A stretch of 64,000 nucleotides of DNA, taken from Marsupella aquatica. Lineage: Eukaryota; Plantae; Marchantiophyta. Made by a program: the position numbers and the translations under genes. The notes under the pieces were generated by a model. It searched no databases. It saw nothing but the letters and a program-made list of their open reading frames with translations, and had not been told where the DNA came from. Location of the stretch: contig OZ316896.1 of assembly GCA_973895155.1 (NCBI GenBank), positions 13,124,549-13,188,548 of the forward strand, written 5' to 3'. Positions within the stretch are counted from its first letter, which is position 1. Each line of letters opens with the position of its first letter. Positions 54,076 to 64,000 of the stretch are shown here, in pieces.

Positions 54076-57000
54076 AGTTTCTGACATTAATTTTCTATGC
54101 ATGCATGTGAGCCTTTCTATTCCCTTAGATTAAATATATCACACTGCCACTGAAGAAAACGAGCCAAATCTGGAGACGAGGATTTGGTAAGTTGAGCAGA
54201 AAAATCTCATTTATTATTTTCTTTGTGATGGGTTGCCAGAGCATTTCAGGTAAGATTTATGCAGAACATTGATTTTTAAACGTTGCAAGCACGCTGCATT
54301 CTAAACTTTTCTTTTATGAAGAATCTATTCACTGTTGTTTGTTTGAAAGTTTTTCCTTGTTTCTTTTGTTTCCATATTCAGAAAGTCTGCATTTTATTCT
54401 CTCAGTTGGCCATTTCTCAGGTTTAAGGTTCTCCAAAAAAAACCAAAAAAAGGTTCTCCAAATTACAATTGGAAAAATCACGCAGGTGTTAGGTAAAGCT
54501 TTCCCACGAGGCAGTTGTCCTAGATAAAGGCGTGAGGGCTTTCATTTTGGACATCTCCCAACAGGGAAAGCACTAACTCAGTTTGGTCCCGCCAAAAATT
54601 CAACTAAGAATAAGTTATCATAAGCTACACTTTGGAGCCTATGGTCCAGAGTGACTCAAGGTACCATGTATGAGGAGAGTCAACAGGTGGGGAAGGCAAC
54701 TGTGGGCAAAGATTAGGCATTCTGGCTCGTGTCCTAAATTAGTGTCTAGCGAATGCCCTGTCCAATACAAAATGCCCTCTTAGTTCCCTGCAGCTTTGTT
54801 AGTTTAGATAAAGAGCATGGAATTTACAAACAGGAACTTTGGGCAGAGATTAAGGTGGTATAAATGAACTATGGTATTCCCCAAGATTTTCCACTTCCCA
54901 GAACAAAAGAGTCCACACCCCATGACATTGATTAGTCCTATTACATGTCTATTTTAACTAATATAAAAGAATTGAAACAATAATCATAAAGAGTTATGTG
55001 AGGAGACATTTTAATTTGACTAGTTTATGAAAAACAAGTATTAAAGGAATAATTATAAAAAAGTTAATGAAAAAATTACACACATTTCTAAAAGTGATAA
55101 AAGTACAATATTTTAAGACAAGTGTATTAATTTTAAGATACTAGTCAATGTACACAGTCCTTTATGATTCAAAGAGAAGAGAGTGAACTTTATTTTTTTT
55201 AAAATTTTTTGCTCTATTTGGGGCTCTCTATTTAGGTGATACATGTTGATCAATAAACCATGAACAATGTAAATTTTTTTAATCAATGGTATATAAGGTG
55301 CACTCATCAATGAATAGAATACTAACTATTGCTTGGTTGAAGGGTCCAACCTTCTCATGCAAGTAAGTAAATATACCCCTCAAAATGATAAGAAAAATAT
55401 AAGGGACCTGATAAAAACTAAGGAAATAAACAAATTAAAAGGACTACCAAAAATGACTAAATTCCAACAAAAAAATACTAAATAGTAAATAGCTAAAACC
55501 TGGACTAAGCCAGATTAACATGAAAATACATTTCTAGCAATTTGAATGAGACACTCTTTGGCTATCTTGTCTCAATATATGGCCGGTTCCAGGTCTCATA
55601 GATGGCCGGTTCCATTGCTCAATAACATAACATACCTTGCATAGTAAGGAAAATCCCGACCAAAGCGAGCGTCATCCCCTGGTGCGCATTTCTAAAGCCC
55701 TTTCCTCCTTTCCTGCCCCAATTGCGTCTCCGGTTACCGCCCTCTCATCCCTTCCGGACTGCTGCATCACTTCAGCCTCTCCTTCTCAAAGCAGCAGCAG
55801 CGACAACAACGATCCCGATCAACAGCTCGATTGTTCGATTTCTGCAGCTTCCAGAAACCTCATTCGTCGCAGAGCAGTCCCATCGAGTCGAGGCACGCAA
55901 CTACAGGAGCGCACGACGAGACGTCGAGGCCACCGAGAGACGGCATCGATCCAACAGTAGTCTACAGCTCTTCAGAAAGGAAAAAATTCTCTCGTTAGAA
56001 ATTCCACTTTCCGGCTCGTCTCTGCTCTGCTCTGCTCTGGCATTTCTCTCAGTTCAATTTGAAGTGAAGTGGATGAGGAATCGGTGGAAGGGAACGCTCT
56101 TGGGTGATCACAGGAATTCCTTCGACGATTTATCGAGGAATAGTTCTTGGATGTCCGAAACTCTTCACCTTCTCTGTCACGCTTTTTCTCTCTCGATCTC
56201 GCTTGTCGTCAAAATTCACTGTTTTCTCTCTCCGCTGATGGTGGCCAAATGCATGCAAGTGGGATGTGGAAGAGCTGAATTCCAATTCAGTTCAATTGTG
56301 TTGAATTGTGTTGAATTGAATTGAATTGGAAGTGCAGACCTGGTTTCATGGACGGCAAGGGAGGAATGATTTCGCTTCCTCTCCTCTGAGCTTGTTGAAG
56401 AGTGTGTGCTCAGGAATCGTGAAGTGTGGGGCACAGAAGAACCTGATGAGGACGGACAGGAGTGCAAAGCCAGTTAGGGTTGGTAGAAATCAGAAGATTT
56501 GATGATGCTTTGAGGAGCGGCAGAGGTGGTCGGTTTCTCTATCGGAGAGGGTAGAGAAGGGAAGCTGGAGAAGATGGTTCAATTCTGGAGATGATGAGGA
56601 GAAGGCCTGATTCGTTGATGTTTCAGGGTTGGCAGCACTTGAGCTATGCGTGTCTGTTGGAGGAGACGAAAGTTGTCACCGGATAGAGAAGATGGTTGAA
56701 TTCTCATGATGAGCGGAAGTCCACCAAAGCTCCCATGTTATCCTCAATTTTGTGCCACTATCAAGCAGGTGCCAGTTCTTTCTCTTGCCCAGCCGCCTTG
56801 CATGGCCTCTTGATTCATTGGATGGCTTTTCTGTTCTATGTTGGTCCAAGGTGGGAATTAGTTGGCTTTGAATCACTTTAACGTGGTTGGTTAGCAGTTA
56901 ATCACTATGGACTTCTACCCTGCCCTGAATTCTATAGTCACTGATTCCAAAAGAAATCGTCTAGCCTATGGCCTTACCCCACGTGTTGATCTAGAGTTGT

Positions 57001-57345
57001 TAGGACTCTCTGCGAAATTTGGGTCTGAGTCCACCTAGGGGTTGTGGGTAATTATTGTTTCAAAAATCTTCAAAAGAAGAATTGGTCTTTTGCAATTTCT
57101 CTCCTAACTCATGTTGCCTTTACTAGCCGAATTTTTATGCGCTTAGACAGGCATGACACTTCTGTGAGAAATTCTGGAAAAAAATTGACAACAGTGACTG
57201 CCATGCAATTGCCTGCCTAAATTATTGAGTGGCCTAATCTATCTACTTTATTTGTGAGTGCATCTTTACAGACGTTGTCGCATACTTCTTTCTTCTTACT
57301 CTAGTGTTCATATCGTTCATCGTCCGTCCTTCCAGTACCAGGGTA

Positions 57346-58314
57346 ATGGAGCCGGTGAATGTTTTTACCCTCTTTTGGAAAGGAATGGCTGCATTTCTGC
57401 TGCTTGTGTCTCGACCATCCTGGCTAGAAAAGGGAATTGGAACGGGCACAGGGACCCCTGGTGAATTGTCATTGACAGAAAATAGGGATTGTCTATACAA
57501 TAGAACTCTCGCTCTCTATGTGGTGGAGTATGCAGCTGCGGTGTACATAGAGAGTTCAATCAAGCTGCTGACATGGAGCTGCTCTCGATGTGAGGGTCTG
57601 ACAAAAGACTTCAACATTGTAGAGCTGGTGATAGACGAGCCCCATCGCCTTCAAGCCTTTGTTGGAATAGCTGAAGATCTGAAAGCCGTAGTAGTTGCAT
57701 TTCGTGGCACCCAAGAAAACAGCTACCAGAATTGGGCTGAGGACTTGTACTTCAGGCAGTTGGATCTCAACTATCCGGGGATTGAAGAGGCACTGGTCCA
57801 TAAGGGCTTCTATCAAGCATATCACAACACAACACTTCGTGAAAGTGTTATTACAGCTATCATGGGTATACTTGAACACAGGCAGGACCTCGGTGTTATT
57901 GTCACTGGTCACTCCATGGGTGGGGCCATGGCGTCGTTCTGTGCCCTAGACCTTTCAGTGAACTTTGCAGTGGATGACTTGAAGGTCATTACTTTTGGCC
58001 AGCCTCGGATTGGAAATTCTGTCTTTGCTGCTGCGTATGGTGTACTTGTTCCAAATACTGTCCGCATGACACATTCCCACGATGTCGTTCCACACCTGCC
58101 TCCCTATTACACACTTATGGCAGAGCGCACTTACCATCACTTTGCCACAGAGGTGTGGATTTACAAGATCCAATTTGGGCGACTACTGTGGGAATTTGAG
58201 CGTGTATGTGACAGTTCTGGCGAGGATCCTGAATGCAGCAGATCAGTGACAGGCAACAGCATCTTGGACCACTTATCATACCTTGGAGTGTCATTAAATA
58301 CAATTGATGAGTAG
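57346..58314 (+). CDS. Lipase class 3 (fungal-type triacylglycerol lipase family), probably secreted or membrane-anchored, intron-free CDS
   Basis: Continuous ORF with VVAFRGTQ, VHKGFYQAY, nucleophile elbow VTGHSMGGA, TFGQPRIGN, DVVPHLPP, YHHFATEVW, SGEDPECS and C-terminal DHLSYLG. Start taken as the first in-frame ATG (57346) after a polypyrimidine-CAG acceptor at 57335; ATG 57385 is an alternative. Confidence 0.92.
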   Translation: MEPVNVFTLFWKGMAAFLLLVSRPSWLEKGIGTGTGTPGELSLTENRDCLYNRTLALYVVEYAAAVYIESSIKLLTWSCSRCEGLTKDFNIVELVIDEPHRLQAFVGIAEDLKAVVVAFRGTQENSYQNWAEDLYFRQLDLNYPGIEEALVHKGFYQAYHNTTLRESVITAIMGILEHRQDLGVIVTGHSMGGAMASFCALDLSVNFAVDDLKVITFGQPRIGNSVFAAAYGVLVPNTVRMTHSHDVVPHLPPYYTLMAERTYHHFATEVWIYKIQFGRLLWEFERVCDSSGEDPECSRSVTGNSILDHLSYLGVSLNTIDE

Positions 58315-58892
58315 TGGTCCGACGATAGACTTTAGTGGTTAGACATTGATTATAGACCCTTGTTCTCACATCAAGTTTCTAACCTGGAATTCCTTGAAAT
58401 TTATTTAAGATGATAGTTTGTGAGATATATAGCTTTGTACAAAATGTTCATTAGAGTTGAATCAAAAGGTAGTCCTTACTGGGTAGGGTAAGGCACTAGC
58501 TTAGAACCGGGCTTGGAATTGAAAATTAAATGACCAAAACTTACAACATGGAAGATGAATGTCCTTCAAAAGTTATTAGTATGGTGTATGTATGCTCAAG
58601 TTATAAGTACAATGCATGCCCAAGAACATTCCACATTTATCTAAACACTATAATGTGCAATAAAGTTTTTCTTTTTTATGGTCTCTATATGAAATGGTAA
58701 GCCTCCCTGACCGCTAGGTTATATTGTCATTTTTCCTAAGCATGAGATGGACCTAAAGGTGCCCTTGTTCGTCATTTTCATACCCAACTCATCACTCTCC
58801 CCCGAAGCTCTCCCCTGTCACGCCATTTTTTGCGCATTACTTTGCCAACTTCGTGTTAATTGAGGAAGGGCCTTGTCTCCTTCTGCCGAGGA

Positions 58893-59213
58893 CAAGTGAT
58901 CAACGTACCGCATTCTTTCCATTAGTTCTGGGGTCATTAGGACTAGGATACGGCAATCCAACCATTACCACACAACGTCCCATTCCATCACTGAAGTTTA
59001 TCCCCTCGACATTTTTCCACCAACTACACAAAGCAGAAGAGCACAGGTCTTCGTCCCATCTTGAGGCTGAGAGAAGATACTCTCCCTATACTACTGCAGG
59101 GTGCCTTCCATAGATGTAGTATCCCGGGGTTCTCTGAAGATGGTTTTCCTGGACTCAATGCTAGTAAGAAAACTGGATGATTTCCAACAATTGTACACTT
59201 GGTTCTTATATTC
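58893..59213 (-). pseudogene. DDX11: Disrupted fragment of DDX11/CHL1 (XPD/DinG-family DNA helicase), C-terminal helicase domain
   Basis: Minus-strand translation: EYKNQVYNCWKSSSFLTSIESRKTIFREPRDTTSMEGTLQ*YRESI...[50 protein letters not shown]. In-frame TAG at 59091-59093 and two frameshifts. [27 protein letters not shown] is the DDX11/Chl1 signature. Confidence 0.88.
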
Positions 59214-61049
59214 TTGACTAATAATTAACTTGATAACTTCCTTGTTAAAGGGTAGATGGCACATGGAGTAAGATACAATTGATACAATTCATTTGATCAG
59301 ACATTGATGTGATTTCAAATGGACTTGCCATAGATTGAATATTGACTCACTTAGCTTGAGAATTTGGTTGCGTGCAGCAAAAAGGCCTGATTTTGACGTT
59401 TGCTTGTGATAACCATGTTGTTGACTTCGGCCTGCAAAGCAAAGTATTCATGTGCCAATAGAAAAATGTCAAACTGCTCATGTTGGCACTGAATGGGTCC
59501 ACAATGATTTTGTGACAAAATCTAATCTAAACAATGCAAACTGTAAAATCTATCCTAGTACTTGTCCAGCACCACATGAGGACCAGCTTCCTTTCCTAAT
59601 CAAACTCTCTCTTCTTAAAGCTTAAGCTTTGCTCTTCTCCATTTGGTGAATAGTTGCGTCAATGTCATGGAGCTATTAACCACTAATTCAAAATTTGCCA
59701 AAGTCAGACTTCAGTGAAATCTCCAGAATTTCCAATTATTTGAAATTGCATTGACAAATCGGGCGACCAATATTCTACAAACAGAACTCAGCTACTAGAA
59801 AAGTTAGGGTTCCTTGTTGAGAAAAGTAAATTCCTCAATTGATCTTGAGAAAGTAGTCTTCTCAACTCAAATTGAGTGCCCATGGCACTTTAGTGGTTGA
59901 ACATAGTGTCCTCTAACTCCCAAATCTAACTTAAGTAAAAAAAACTGTGCCTTGGGTTTATTAATGTTCTAAAATTAGATAAAGTATCTCATAGATCTTA
60001 AGTGTTTTCATGTCTGGTAGCATAGCAATATGGACCATATTAGCCTCTCAAATGTCAAGCTAAAAGCCTTCATTTTCCTGGTCTTTATGAAAAAGATTGC
60101 AAAATCACATTTGGATGAGGTAATTTCTCCTATACTTTCACTAAAATATGTAAAACTATCTCATCATAAAAATATGTGATGCTAGAGCATTTTGGACCAT
60201 AATAGCCTCTCACAACTTGAGTTAAAGCTAATATTACATACATTATTTTTACTCAAACAAGGCCTAAACAATGTAGCTAGGGGGTCCACGAACTAGTTCG
60301 TTGTTATTTGCCAGATGTCATTTGTCAACTATACATTCTCTGCTCTAGTCCTAAACAGTGAAACAGAACTCCCATAGCATCTAAGTAAGGTTATCCAACA
60401 CTACCCCAATAGGGCGCCTCAAAGCTAGCTTGTAACTTTTGGTTACATGCAAGCCATTGCAGCAGTCCATAACGTCAATTTCGGGCATCACTTAAGGACC
60501 GATAAATTAGCCTGTCCCGTGATTTGACCCGTCCCTTAAGGGGCTATTTACGATGCATTACCAGCTCAAAGTAGGAGTTAAGCCTCCTTTCCCTCTTGGG
60601 CAATACTTGGCTGTAAGGGCTAAAATGGGCCACAATAGTTCTGAACCCAATTGTTCCTCATAAGTGCAATGTTGTTTTGCATCGAAGCTATCGCCATAGT
60701 TCCTATTGTTCAAAATTCGAATGCTCTTCTGCCCCATCGAAGCAATTTTGCGTCGCCTTGCCCATCACCATTTAGCTTCAAGGTTGGGCTCCATGGCGAA
60801 GGTCGATGTAGCTCTATCTCCAAAGCATATCGGGGAGCATATATGTGAGACTCGTCCACACATCAGAGTAATTGTTATTTGATTGTACATGCAGACCGCT
60901 AGAGAAGGTGTAGAAAAGTCGACAAAAGCTGCTCCTCCCAATTCGTGTACAACCATGGCCCAATCAGGCAGCCAAGGTCATGTGAGAGCAAGGGGTTCTT
61001 TCCAACCTCCACAGGCTAACTCCAGCAATGCCCCTTGTACAGCTGATAA

Positions 61050-61620
61050 ATTCAGGCTGAAGGATCGAAAGGGGGCAAAGTATCAAAGCAAGGCAACAGT
61101 CTTCAAATCCATGCTTGTTGCAATGCAACATCATGGCTTTCCTAAGGAGATCACCCACCCAATTTGACAAAGCGATACCAGAGGTATGTGAAGCGGTACA
61201 AAGAGGCAAGAGAGGTGAAAATGCAATCAGGTGGAGGTCTGAATGAAGACGAGCTAGAGGCAGGGATTACATTGGAGACAAAACTGAACCGATTGTGTCC
61301 ACACTTTGAAAGAATGCATGCAATCTTTGGCGAGCGACCGAATGTGGCACCATCAGTGGAAGGCGATTGTGGAGTGTAGGCTTCTAACCTTGTCTTTCCT
61401 GAGACCAATATTGAATCAGATTCTAAGTCGGCGTTTGGAAATGAGAATGATAATCCCAACATCTACCATGTGCCTTCCAACACAACCATCGTTCTTGAAG
61501 GTACTGATCATTTACCACCTTTTGTTCTACTTCAATTTCTTCAATTAGTGAACCCCTCTATGTTCATTCGCTCACACATGTCCTTTCTCAATTTTGCAGA
61601 CACACCAATAGGTAGCCAAA
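61050..61620 (+). mobile_element. Decayed Myb/SANT-like ORF of the kind associated with PIF/Harbinger transposons
   Basis: KGAKYQSKATVFKSMLVAMQHHGFPKEITHP, frameshift at ~61160, then LTKRYQRYVKRYKEAREVKMQSGGGLNEDELEAGITLETKLNRLCPHFERMHAIFGERPNVAP; TAG at 61377; GT-AG intron-like segment 61501-61599. The GxGL...CPxF.xM..IFGxRPN motif is typical of this family. Confidence 0.6.
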
Positions 61621-62900
61621 TGTTACAGGACCTCCTGTAAAAATTACGGGAGCCGATCTTTGGCTCTCGTAAGGAAACCGCACGGGCGTTTGCCTTAAGT
61701 CATGACTTTAACCACAATCCGTTAACATTGGCGCGAGTACTGTGTGCCTTTGTTGGACTGTAGTGCCAACGTCGTGAGGTAGCTAGGACCAAAATTTAAA
61801 CTCGCTCTCTCTTTCTCATCAAAGACGGAGAGGAGAAAACTATGCCATGGCAATCGCAACAGAGGAGTGGTGAATCTGGCGCAACTGCATTTCACGAGCT
61901 ACAACTTGCAATCCGCGAGCTCCAACCTGCACATTGCAAGCTCGATAGCGCCATCTTTTCACGCAATAAGTCAGTTTTTGCAAATGCAATTCAAGTTGCG
62001 TGTGTGCAAATTTCACAAAAAAAAATATTTATGAAGTCGTGACATTGTCTTACGTATGGCTTGTGTATGGTCACAACTTGCCTAGCGACTAAAGGCGTGG
62101 AGCACCCAAGTGTAGAGCTAAATCTCTTCTACTTTTGAGTAGCAGGTCAATAGTTTGGTTTTGCTTGAGGTTGTGCAGATCTTTCGGGATTCCGGAAAAA
62201 TTGTCGTCTTGACGTTGTCATTGTATGGCTTGTGATATGGGATTAGCATGCGCATCAAGTTATGGATTACACAAGCTTGAGGTAAACCTCTTCTACTTTC
62301 GAGCAACAGAGTGAGTTGTTTGCTCGGGGGGTTGACTATCAAAAATCTTAGGAACCACCTGCGATCCAAAATAGGTATTTTTGATAGAAATTATCTAAAT
62401 TTTTAAAAAGCATAGGAGGCAAAAGAAGGTATTATAAACTCATGTTTATAAAATATTCTCTAATATATACTTTTTATAAAATAAAATAGGTTATTAATAT
62501 TGAAAATGGAGAATATTTTTGGAACATTTTCTTTGTAAAATAGGTCTATTTATATTAGGTTAGGATCGCACGTGGTACCCCAAAATATACACTTAGTTAA
62601 CCCCCCGAGGTTGTTTGGTTGCGATACAGATTGTGTTTGTATGCAGTTTTTCCGAAATTCAGGAAAAATCATTGTTGTGAAATCAAAAGTGTTTATATGG
62701 CTTCCGTTCAGGATTCAAATTTGCATCGGCATCACATTGTGTTTTACACACAAGTTTTGAGCTTCTTCACTCCAACAACTAGCACCGAGGTGAGTGCTTT
62801 CAGTTGTTGTTCATCTTCAATTCGTTGTAAAATTAATTGACACTATATTCCAACTCTGTTATTACTTCTTGAATCAGTTCTTCCTGTATGTAGATTGCAG

Positions 62901-63542
62901 AAGATGGGTCTTTGGACATCCCTTGCTGAGGTGGAGGAGAGTAGGGCCAGTGGCCAAAATGTATCTATTGATCCATGCCTAGCTTGGGTAGTGAATTTTG
63001 AAGCTGAGAATCCATATCCACAAAAATTTCTGTATGCCTTGTGCCCTGGAAGGCTGAAGAGTGGGGGGACATGCAAGAAGTCCCTTGAGTGGGGTCCAAA
63101 GTGTGACCACGATCTGCCACCTAGCATGAGTTATAGATTCCATATCCGCATTTGTGATGTTGTCCATGTTGGGTTGGCACCATTGAGTGCCATGATGTGG
63201 GAAGTTGCCTCAATATTCATGGGGTGCACTCCCCAAGACTTTGCAGGCCAGGGCAAGATTGAACAACTTCAATACCTCCTGGCTCTCACTCAACCATGTC
63301 CGAGAGTGAAGATTTGGCTGTCGGTTGTTGAATATAAAATAAAGGTTAAGCATCTATGTTTTATGGATGCTCGTCCCCATGTGGCTCTACAGAGACCCAA
63401 TCCTGGGCATGGTACTCCAAAGTCCTCTGGTCGTACCCAACAAAAACCCTCCACGAGCCAAGGGAAGACTCCTGTTAAGCCAATTAGAGAAGCAATTGAC
63501 AACCTTGTTAAAGCACTAAACTTGCAGGATTTGGATGACTAG
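62901..63542 (+). CDS. RPA70 C-terminal (DBD-C) OB-fold-like ssDNA-binding protein, probably Helitron-associated
   Basis: FLYALCP...CKK...C-x-H...YRFHIRICD...MMWEVASIFMGCTPQDF follows the Rep_fac-A_C pattern (YxACP...CxKK...C...Y+L+++xD...F...AE.+G). Acceptor CAG at 62898-62900; a GTGAGT donor at 62790 could add an in-frame exon 62697-62789. Confidence 0.6.
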   Translation, partial: KMGLWTSLAEVEESRASGQNVSIDPCLAWVVNFEAENPYPQKFLYALCPGRLKSGGTCKKSLEWGPKCDHDLPPSMSYRFHIRICDVVHVGLAPLSAMMWEVASIFMGCTPQDFAGQGKIEQLQYLLALTQPCPRVKIWLSVVEYKIKVKHLCFMDARPHVALQRPNPGHGTPKSSGRTQQKPSTSQGKTPVKPIREAIDNLVKALNLQDLDD

Positions 63543-64000
63543 GATGTGTAGTGCAATTCCCACATTACCACATCGTGCATCATCAATTTTTCATACCAAC
63601 CCACATTGCATTTGTCAGTGAATGTAGCATATGTACCCTAGTAGTGTAGGGTTCAGTAACCCAGAATTTTGTACCTCCCAATTGAGTTTTCTCAGTGTAA
63701 TAAATGTTTAGATGCAGTGACATGTATGGACTGTAAATGTTACCTCTATTGTCTGAATTTCTCATGTCCATTGTCTGTGCATGAAGGAGAAATATGCCTC
63801 GAATGTCTAATTGCCAAAGAGCAATGCAGCCTGTGAAAGAGATGTTGATGTTAAATATAATACTGCACAGTTCTAGTGAAGATGAACTACATACCGGGAG
63901 TGAAGGCGATTGTAGTGATGCTACAACACCCACAGACTGTACGTCTGACAAAGATTTTTATTCATCATCTGACTCCGAGGCTACGGCAAACATGTATGAC

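Noticed and set aside
55637-56324. 107-aa and 200-aa ORFs upstream of the lipase
   Set aside because: Non-ATG starts, low complexity and no recognisable domain; the sequence looks like a 5' leader.

Overview
Eukaryotic, intron-containing land-plant genomic DNA, probably a bryophyte such as a liverwort (inferred from gene content and repeat types, not from a search). Four intact genes can be reconstructed with consistent GT-AG splicing: an 8-exon PITH-domain gene (minus, 7290-9713), a 2-exon AGCVIII/AGC2 (OXI1/UNICORN-like) Ser/Thr kinase (plus, 24633-26489), a 4-exon RING-H2 + vWA + Vwaint putative E3 ligase (minus, 42481-47584) and a class-3 lipase with an intron-free CDS (plus, 57346-58314). 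An RPA70 C-terminal OB-fold-like ORF lies near the right end (possibly Helitron-borne). Intergenic DNA holds tandem repeats, TIR-bounded MITE-like elements and decayed coding fragments, several not visible in the ORF track: a DDX11/CHL1 helicase fragment, a Harbinger-type Myb/SANT remnant, LINE ORF1-like and Gag-like remnants, and a possible Roc-COR/TORNADO1-like C-terminal remnant. No CRISPR array, rRNA or intact tRNA was seen. I found no clear-cut new multi-gene system; the best leads are a GTAC-dense tandem array directly upstream of the PITH gene and the stand-alone RPA-like protein with a variant Zn finger. All family assignments come from manual translation and remembered motifs; no database searches were run.
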